A DNA stretch of 16,177 nucleotides, from positions 1 through 16,177 of the forward strand of contig CAWJQI010000003.1 of NCBI GenBank assembly GCA_963845085.1. The letters run 5' to 3'. Source of the stretch: Candidatus Fermentibacterota bacterium. GTDB taxonomy: Bacteria; Fermentibacterota; Fermentibacteria; Fermentibacterales; JCC-6. The notes under the pieces were generated by a model that saw only the letters and a list, made by a program, of their open reading frames with translations, was not told the origin of the DNA and ran no database searches. Of this stretch, positions 8,162 to 14,720 are shown piece by piece (position 1 is the stretch's first letter; each line of letters begins with the position of its first letter). The translations under genes and the position numbers were made by a program.

Positions 8162-8941
8162 CTACACCTGCGCCAGCATCTCTGCGTATGAGAGCCGCAG
8201 TGAGTGCTCGACAAGCGGCTTCATTGCATTCCAGACATGCATGAACGATCCGATTCTTCTGTCCAGCTCATCACGTGTTATTGCGTGAACCAGCATCGTG
8301 TCGCCAAGCGCTTCATCAAACCGGTCCGGTTTGCAGCGGAGCTTCGATGCGAGATGGTGCCTCCACTTCATGTCGGGCACCAGCTGATCGTTGAAAGCGA
8401 ACATCAGGTCAAGAAAGTGCACCAGTCCCTGATCGATCATGGCGTGGGCACTGATGATGTCTCCCCGGGCAACCCATGTTCTTGAGAGCCGGTTGACATA
8501 CCATTCCGACAGCGTCAGGCCCGACATCATGAGCCGCTTCCTCTCTTCCATCGCAAGCGGCACCTTCTCATCGATAAGTTTCCTGACCAGGCCACAGGGA
8601 TCATGGTGTACGATGGCGCTGGAATACGTCCACCTTTTGGACATGTCCCATGCGGTGCGCAGTTCAGTTTCGTAGTCGGAGAGCCAGACCTGCACTTCGA
8701 TGCCATCGATCCTTGAGAATTTCTCAAGCCGGGGCATCTCCGTACCTGTCCTTGCGATAACGCCGACATCAATATCGGCGTCAGCATCGAAGTAGTTTCT
8801 TGCAATTGCTCCAAGAAACACTATTCCTGCGACATCATCAGTTACAATAGAATTGGCAAACGACAGCGCAATCCTCTTCGCCCTCTCCAGGAGTTCGGCG
8901 TCATTGGATTTGATCACAAACTGGTCAGCCTGGTTCAGCAT
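8162..8941 (-). CDS. Pol-beta-superfamily nucleotidyltransferase with a helical C-terminal domain (DUF4037/KNTase-like architecture)
   Basis: GIVFLGAIARNYFDADADIDV (hG[S/A]x(9)DxD), GIEVQV, and C-terminal FAFNDQLVPDMKW. AGGAG RBS upstream. Confidence 0.8.
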   Translation of the reverse strand: MLNQADQFVIKSNDAELLERAKRIALSFANSIVTDDVAGIVFLGAIARNYFDADADIDVGVIARTGTEMPRLEKFSRIDGIEVQVWLSDYETELRTAWDMSKRWTYSSAIVHHDPCGLVRKLIDEKVPLAMEERKRLMMSGLTLSEWYVNRLSRTWVARGDIISAHAMIDQGLVHFLDLMFAFNDQLVPDMKWRHHLASKLRCKPDRFDEALGDTMLVHAITRDELDRRIGSFMHVWNAMKPLVEHSLRLSYAEMLAQV

Positions 8942-9209
8942 GGTCTCTCCTGTCGGAAAGCCTCAGTTAAAGTCGACCGGGTCGTTTCAGGGAAGATCCC
9001 TGCCTCCTGAATGGCATCCGGAAGCTTCCCGGTGGGTCGCAGGTCGATGAAACGGCTCATACGAAGCGCCTCTCGGGCACAACTCGTTCCGGTCTTCTGC
9101 CGCCCCGTCCGGCAAGCCGGCAAGACTAATATGCTTCCGGACAACACCGTCATGGTGTTTCATTCTCCCCCGGCACCAGGGTCTCCGGAAAACTGAAAAA
9201 CAAGCCTTA

Positions 9210-9238
9210 TTGACACGTCGAACAGCCGTATCCATTTT
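9210..9238 (+). promoter_or_regulatory. Possible sigma70 promoter of the beta-propeller gene
   Basis: Consensus TTGACA (9210-9215), 17 nt spacer, CATTTT, followed by the AT-rich ATTAT. Confidence 0.5.
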
Positions 9239-9287
9239 ATTATGAAATGAGACTGGTGATAATCAAACAAGGCGGAAGGTGGACAAA

Positions 9288-10970
9288 ATGCCATTCCTGC
9301 TGCTTGCCTCCATTCTTGGAGCGACTGGGCTTGTTATCACAGAACCGGTCCAGGGGCAGACCTACCCGGGGAACTGGCTCTCGATCAGGGCTCTTGTGGA
9401 GAACAACGACCAGCCAGCCGACTCCGTCGTCTGCGTGCTGAACAGCGAAGCCCCGGCAGCTGTTCCAAGGCTGTCCACGGACTGGTACACCTACATGGCG
9501 AACAACGACCACACGGGGTTCTCGCAATCACCTGCACCCGTTGACAATGCGGTTCTGTGGACGGCTCCCGTCACCGGCGATACACACGAGTTCTGCAGCC
9601 CCGTCATTGCAGGCGGGATCGTCTATTTCGTTTCAGACCAGCAATCCATGGCGTTCGCCCTCGACGCTGCAACCGGGGCCATCCTCTGGCAATACGATGT
9701 CAAAAACAATGTTGATGACGCGGTTACCGTGTACGAGGGGAATGTCTACATCGCTGCGGATTCGGCGTGGTGCCTCGACGCACTCACCGGTGAGCGGATC
9801 TGGGCCTTCAAACCCAGTCCGGGATACAAGATGAACGGCACGCCGGCTCTCGGCGACGGGGTGGCCTACTTCACCCATGTACCGAACTCAAGCTCCGTTC
9901 AGGTGTACGCTCTGAACGCCTTTACGGGAGAGGTGATCTGGTCGGTCCAGCATGAAGGCTACACAACGGGGTGCATCACCCTTCACGACGGCGTTCTGTA
10001 CCTTCCGACATACAATGGCAGTCTTTACGCAATCGATGCGGGATCCGGCCAAACCCTGTGGACAAACTCCGACGCCCCGAGCGGCTACTGGGACTCTTCA
10101 CCGGTATACGTCGAAGGGATGCTTTACATCTGCGGTGATGACGGCGTTGCCAGGGCGATCAATGCCTCGACCGGTGCTACGGAATGGGAACGCGCCCTGA
10201 CGGAGGGAGTGCGCTACATAGCCGCAACCCCTGCCTTCGGGTACGAACGCCTGTTCTTCGCCGACCAGGTGGATTCCTTCCACTGCCTCAATGCGTTTGA
10301 CGGATCCACGGTGTGGTCTGTGAACGGAGTTCAGCACGGTTCAACGGGTCTCGCAGACGGTGTGGCCTTCTTTGGTCAGGGGGCTGACAGGGCAAACGGA
10401 CAGGTCAATGCACTGGACTGCGCCACAGGCCAGCTCCTCTGGTCGTACCAGACCGGCGGAACCGAGATCTTTTCCAGCCCGGCCATCACCGACGGCGTTG
10501 TGTACATCGCCGGCATGGACTGGAACCTCTACGCATTCGGCACCGGCCTCAGGTTCACGTACCTTGATGACATCTTCGCAGAGGTCGGCGAGAACCATCT
10601 TATCGTCACGTCCTACGCGGGGGGAACTGCGGTTGCCGCCGACACGGTGGACTTCACCGTGACCGGGACCGGGATATCCCCCGATCCGGGAAGGCGATTC
10701 CATCTCGCGGCCTCCCCCAACCCGTTCACTGCCGCCTCCACTGTATCGTTCCGGCTCGGCGAACCGGGGCACTCGACTCTCTCGGTGTTCAACCTGTCCG
10801 GAAGGATGGTTGTAACGCTTTTCGACGGCATGCTTGCCTCAGGGGAGCACTCATTCCCCTGGGACGGCCGCGGTTCGGACGGGAAAACCCTCCCGACGGG
10901 GCTCTACATATGCAGGCTCGCATCGGGCGGCGTGCTGGAAACCACGGGGATCTGCCTGCTCGGGAATTAG
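9288..10970 (+). CDS. Secreted PQQ-binding-like (BamB-type) beta-propeller protein with Ig-like segments and a FlgD/T9SS-like C-terminal domain
   Basis: Signal-like MPFLLLASILGA after an AAGGTGG RBS (alternative GTG at 9279). About eight repeats of SP...G.VY....ALDA.TG..LW. Tail SPNPF..FNLSGRMV..GEHSFPWDG...LPTGLYICRL. Confidence 0.87.
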   Translation: MPFLLLASILGATGLVITEPVQGQTYPGNWLSIRALVENNDQPADSVVCVLNSEAPAAVPRLSTDWYTYMANNDHTGFSQSPAPVDNAVLWTAPVTGDTHEFCSPVIAGGIVYFVSDQQSMAFALDAATGAILWQYDVKNNVDDAVTVYEGNVYIAADSAWCLDALTGERIWAFKPSPGYKMNGTPALGDGVAYFTHVPNSSSVQVYALNAFTGEVIWSVQHEGYTTGCITLHDGVLYLPTYNGSLYAIDAGSGQTLWTNSDAPSGYWDSSPVYVEGMLYICGDDGVARAINASTGATEWERALTEGVRYIAATPAFGYERLFFADQVDSFHCLNAFDGSTVWSVNGVQHGSTGLADGVAFFGQGADRANGQVNALDCATGQLLWSYQTGGTEIFSSPAITDGVVYIAGMDWNLYAFGTGLRFTYLDDIFAEVGENHLIVTSYAGGTAVAADTVDFTVTGTGISPDPGRRFHLAASPNPFTAASTVSFRLGEPGHSTLSVFNLSGRMVVTLFDGMLASGEHSFPWDGRGSDGKTLPTGLYICRLASGGVLETTGICLLGN

Positions 10971-11095
10971 GGAAGCACTTTCAACAACAGATCAACTCAC
11001 CGCAGGCAAAGCTGACAAGAGACACCCGGTTTCCCGCAGTTGGGGGACACCCACCCAGCACCTCAAAACAATGCAGGATTAACAGCCGGGAACTC

Positions 11096-11659
11096 TCACC
11101 GAGGGCTAACACCAAGAAGCGCGGCCCGGCTGAAGGGAACCCTGGAGCATTCAAGGGAAACAAATCCCGCATCCCGAGCCAGCCCGATGCTTCTGGAAAA
11201 TGCTGCCCTCGACACATGGAACGGCGGTTCAACGACAAGCAGCCGCCCGCCCGGCCGCAGAAGCGAGAACACCTCCTGGAAGAAGGCACCCTGATCCGGA
11301 AGCTCATGGAGCATGTAGAAGGCAAGGGCAAAATCAACGGGAGAAGACAGCCCGATCCTCGAAGGAGAGCACTTGTGAAGAACGATACGAGAAGCAAGCT
11401 CAGTGCCCTCCACCTTGCCCTTCAGCCGCAAGAGCATCCCCTCCTGCAGATCGCAGGCGTACACCCTGCCGGACGAACCCACCAGACGCGCCATCTCAAC
11501 CGAGAAGAAACCCGGCCCGCACCCCGCATCGAGAACACTCATCCCCTCCCTGACGTATGGAAGAAGGATCCTCCGCGGGTTCTGGAAGAATGCACGGAAC
11601 CTGTTGTCCAGGCTTCCGGCCAGTTCAACAGGGCACACACGGATTCTCTCACCGCTCAT
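11096..11659 (-). CDS. Class I SAM-dependent methyltransferase
   Basis: VLDAGCGPGFF, VYACDLQEGML, VDFALAFYMLHE and LRPGGRLLVVEP; N-terminal VCP motif; GGAG RBS. Confidence 0.9.
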   Translation of the reverse strand: MSGERIRVCPVELAGSLDNRFRAFFQNPRRILLPYVREGMSVLDAGCGPGFFSVEMARLVGSSGRVYACDLQEGMLLRLKGKVEGTELASRIVLHKCSPSRIGLSSPVDFALAFYMLHELPDQGAFFQEVFSLLRPGGRLLVVEPPFHVSRAAFSRSIGLARDAGFVSLECSRVPFSRAALLGVSPR

Positions 11660-12071
11660 TCAAAGCTCCATTCCCCGACCAGCCGCAGAAGACACACACG
11701 GAACGATGAACAGAGAGAACCCCATGACACTGGGGACACTCCCACCGCTTCCGCTCCCAAGCAACAAACGCAGCAATCCCCTCATCCCGTATCAAGGCAA
11801 GGTTCTCAAGCATGCTCATGCCGTACCTGGTACGGTACCGCTTATCAAGGTCACGCAGCCTTCTACACGGGGAACTGCACGAACAGAACTCCCCCACCCT
11901 CTCAACGCAATTCCTGATAATGCAGGAAGCGCAGTAGGCAGGCTTTGCGGAGGAACTCCTGCAACCCGAACAAACCCTCTTCTCACGAAGAAAACCGCTG
12001 CACAGGGCGCAGTTCATCCCGCAGGGCGCGATCATCTCAGGAACTATGGCATCAACACTAACCTTTTCCAT
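11649..12071 (-). CDS. DUF3795-like Cys-rich metal-binding protein with a C-terminal zinc ribbon
   Basis: IAPCGMNCALC, CSGC, CASCIIRNC, FCSCSSPC, YGMSMLENL, CPQC and CVFC. ATG 12071 has a GGAGG RBS. Confidence 0.8.
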   Translation of the reverse strand: MEKVSVDAIVPEMIAPCGMNCALCSGFLREKRVCSGCRSSSAKPAYCASCIIRNCVERVGEFCSCSSPCRRLRDLDKRYRTRYGMSMLENLALIRDEGIAAFVAWERKRWECPQCHGVLSVHRSVCVFCGWSGNGALNER

Positions 12072-12441
12072 TACCCTCCAGGGAAGCAAGCATTTCAAGC
12101 CGCTTCAAGACCATCCGAACGACAAGGTCGGAAGGGATGGGCCGGGAAACAGGGAACTGAACCGAACCCCTGCCACACTTGTACCCCGAAAGCTCGGAAG
12201 CAAAGAACTCGATAACTGAAGGATGCGGATAGAACCCGACATGCCCCGCATACCCGGCAATCATTATCTGCTGGTCCCTCTTCCCGCCGGGAACCAGGGC
12301 AAAGGCCGGGATGCCGTAGTTGAAAAGCAAGTTCAGCATCAGGCGCAGCGGTAAGGATGCACTCGGCAACCTCAAGAGGGCCTTCCTGGTTGCCGGGGGA
12401 AGGGAGTTGAGGTAGTCAGTGAAGGCCGGGGAGGTTATCAC
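12058..12441 (-). CDS. DUF1801 / YdhG-like protein with a short internally frameshifted segment
   Basis: DYLNSLP, FNYGIPAF, AGYAGHVGFYP, ELSGYKCGRGSVQFP and PIPSDLVVRMV. GTG start overlaps the upstream TGA. Confidence 0.8.
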   Translation of the reverse strand: MITSPAFTDYLNSLPPATRKALLRLPSASLPLRLMLNLLFNYGIPAFALVPGGKRDQQIMIAGYAGHVGFYPHPSVIEFFASELSGYKCGRGSVQFPVSRPIPSDLVVRMVLKRLEMLASLEGNGKG

Positions 12442-13283
12442 GTTTCAACCCCGACCGGAGAAACCGCAACCGGAATATGATTGGCCCTGCAATACTCCTG
12501 GATTCGAAGATTCCTGGCTTCGATGAATTCGATATTCCGTTGCCTGTAAGCAAGATAGGATTCCCTGCTTGAGGGAATGGGTGAAGAATTGAAATCATCG
12601 AATGGCAGAAAGAATCTCACTTCCGAGAAGTCAGGATCAACAAGGTCCTGAAGAAGGAAGAACTCCACATAGCCACGAAAGCTTTCAAACAACCCGAAGA
12701 AATCACAGTAACGCTGAAGTGTTTCTTCCAGAGGGCTTGCCTCGTTTTTGTAGTGCCGCCGGATACACTCCAGCGTCAAGTCAAAGCGATCCCGGATCTT
12801 CGAGTTGAGTCCCCGGGCACAGTTGATCGTATGCTTTCCATTCACCTGTTTGCATGGGAAAACCAGCATCCCTCCCATCGTGTAGCCAAGATTCCTGAAT
12901 GATTCAACAGCATCCGTAGGCACTTGTTCAACAACTTGAAGAATTCTCGCATCGCGGTAGCGAGAGAATGATGCGATGATCGAATCACTCGACAGCCAGA
13001 ACTCCCCCACCTCTGAACGATGATGCAAATACACCCCAGGAGTTGAATCAACCAACTCAAACTGAGTGCCACTGGGAAGCGGTTTGCTCCAAAGGGTCCT
13101 GTGATAGCGCCGAAGCGTTGGGCTGCTGGCGTCAGGATCCCCGCCTGGTGGCGTGTCTGATTGGAAATTGAAGGTGGTGTCTATTCTAAAGATACGCTCT
13201 GAGCTGTCCGACTGGGTTGCCAGTAGACGGGAACTGAGCTTGTTGCTTACGGATGAGGAGGATTCCTTCAGCTCATTTCCCAT
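12438..13283 (-). CDS. DUF6994-like conserved hypothetical protein
   Basis: IDTTFNFQSDTP.GGDPDASSPTLRRYHRTLWSKPLPSG, LSSDSI, YTMGGMLVFP, INCARG, DRFDLTLECIRRHY, FRGYVEFFLLQDLV and ARN.RI. Start set at ATG 13283, 7 nt after the mcrC stop. Confidence 0.7.
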   Translation of the reverse strand: MGNELKESSSSVSNKLSSRLLATQSDSSERIFRIDTTFNFQSDTPPGGDPDASSPTLRRYHRTLWSKPLPSGTQFELVDSTPGVYLHHRSEVGEFWLSSDSIIASFSRYRDARILQVVEQVPTDAVESFRNLGYTMGGMLVFPCKQVNGKHTINCARGLNSKIRDRFDLTLECIRRHYKNEASPLEETLQRYCDFFGLFESFRGYVEFFLLQDLVDPDFSEVRFFLPFDDFNSSPIPSSRESYLAYRQRNIEFIEARNLRIQEYCRANHIPVAVSPVGVET

Positions 13284-13290
13284 GTTCTGC

Positions 13291-14715
13291 CTAACTACTC
13301 CACTCTGCTCCGAATGGCACTCCGCGAAGTTCTGCTTGAATCGTCCTTCCTGCATAACTTAGGTCTGCGCGCACAACGTCACGTTTTCGGGCAGAAAGGG
13401 CCTCGAAAGTCGATTGCCGAAGTGGATAGACAAGGGTGACAGTCGTCTCTTTGGCGTCGAATAGAGCGGCATATGCCAGTACCTGATGGAAATCCTCCCG
13501 GTGCGATTCTCGAGAGTCTTCTGCCATTCTGAGCCAACCTGATTCATCCAGCTCAGAAAAGTGGGCTTTGTATTTCGCATCGATAATCTTCACGTGGTCT
13601 CGATGCCTGACTACGAAATCTGGCACGAGATGTGACATTCCCCGCAGGCTTGGATCGGTCCAGCGTATCGGGAAGACTGTTTCTGATTTCCGACCGCATC
13701 GGACCTCTGCTCCCACCAGCGCTGCTTCCCGTCGGACGATTGTTTCGACGAAAGACTCCCAGAGTTCAGCAAGCGGGAGATGCCAGGCAAGTCCATCAAG
13801 CTCACGGCCGCCCCCAAGACCCCGCTCATCAACAATCCATCCCATCGCCTCAACACCACGTAAAATCGCTGCATGCTCAAGACGGCTATTGCCCACTCGT
13901 TGCTCGATCTCAGCTTTTCGAGGAACGCGTGGATTCACATCGCGAAGAAGTTCAATAAGTTTCTCAGCAACCATCGCTAATGTGATGGCTGTTTTGTCTT
14001 TCCCACCGGTCTCGAGAAGATCCCGACGGAGCCTTTGAAGACACCACTTCACCATCGAGCGCAATTGCGGGTCGTTGGAAAGCTCCGGGAACGTACAAGG
14101 AAGCTGATGCCACATTCCCGTCAGGAGGGGTCCCGCAAGGTATTCCTTCCAAACAATCTTTCCTCGTGGTTTTGTGAGTGTTTCATGTGCCTCACGGTAC
14201 CCACGCCGAACATGCGAAAGCAATTCAGCAAGTCTGAAGATGACTGGTCCAGCAATAACCCAGGGGGGTACTTCCCTCCCACTCCCAGGTACCATTGGTA
14301 ACTCGGCAAACTCAAGTGAAGTATTCCAACCGATCTCATTGAGAACTCTGCCGACCCCACCCCATCCAAATCGTGGTTTTATGACGATACCGCCAACCAC
14401 CTGCTGTGTTTGTGCAGAGCGCAATGGCATCGCGCCAGCCCGGCCACCGGGATGAAGGCGAATGATCGTGCCTTGAGAGTTTACACCAACCTCCGGTTGG
14501 AGCTCAAGATGCTTGAATGCGATATCGTTGGTTCGCAAGAATGACTCGGCGAATGGTCCCCATCCTCCACCTTGCTGCTTGGGTGCAAAATAGTCGGCTG
14601 AGATGGTTATTGGATTTCCGTGGTCAGTGCCTACAAAGAGTGGTCTCTGTTCCGGAGAGCGAAACTCGTATCGCCTGGTACGTTTGGCAGTACTGCGTTT
14701 GGCCACCCTGGGCAT
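13291..14715 (-). CDS. mcrC: McrC-like PD-(D/E)XK restriction nuclease subunit
   Basis: Directly downstream of the McrB-like gene. Shows KPRFGW, PRGKIVW, LWESFVE, the catalytic VPDFVV...IIDAKYK, and DFHQVLAYA and LVYP. Start uncertain (TTG 14733, ATG 14715 or GTG 14706). Confidence 0.83.
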   Translation of the reverse strand: MPRVAKRSTAKRTRRYEFRSPEQRPLFVGTDHGNPITISADYFAPKQQGGGWGPFAESFLRTNDIAFKHLELQPEVGVNSQGTIIRLHPGGRAGAMPLRSAQTQQVVGGIVIKPRFGWGGVGRVLNEIGWNTSLEFAELPMVPGSGREVPPWVIAGPVIFRLAELLSHVRRGYREAHETLTKPRGKIVWKEYLAGPLLTGMWHQLPCTFPELSNDPQLRSMVKWCLQRLRRDLLETGGKDKTAITLAMVAEKLIELLRDVNPRVPRKAEIEQRVGNSRLEHAAILRGVEAMGWIVDERGLGGGRELDGLAWHLPLAELWESFVETIVRREAALVGAEVRCGRKSETVFPIRWTDPSLRGMSHLVPDFVVRHRDHVKIIDAKYKAHFSELDESGWLRMAEDSRESHREDFHQVLAYAALFDAKETTVTLVYPLRQSTFEALSARKRDVVRADLSYAGRTIQAELRGVPFGAEWSS

Positions 14716-14720
14716 TCGCG

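Noticed and set aside
8935..9235. Short ORFs in the spacer between the NTase and the propeller gene
   Set aside because: No motif and no convincing RBS; the region more plausibly holds divergent promoters.
11096..11659. Methyltransferase as the cognate DNA MTase of the McrBC-like module
   Set aside because: Lacks DPPY/NPPY or PC/ENV motifs; it is a short small-molecule-type class I enzyme.
10910..12215. 335-aa and 270-aa plus-strand ORFs
   Set aside because: Antisense to the methyltransferase, DUF3795 and DUF1801 genes, with Pro/Arg-rich shadow composition.
11673..12456. 8-9 nt matches to the tRNA-Pro 3' end (CCCCGACC[A]) at about 11673 and 12449 as a possible attR
   Set aside because: Too short, inside coding sequence, and expected by chance in GC-rich DNA.
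13284..13365. GTTAGGC (integron core consensus GTTRRRY) on the minus strand at the mcrC stop, just before the DUF6994 ATG
   Set aside because: No matching RYYYAAC inverse core or attC hairpin upstream (nearest is ACCTAAG inside mcrC), and no similar sites at other junctions.
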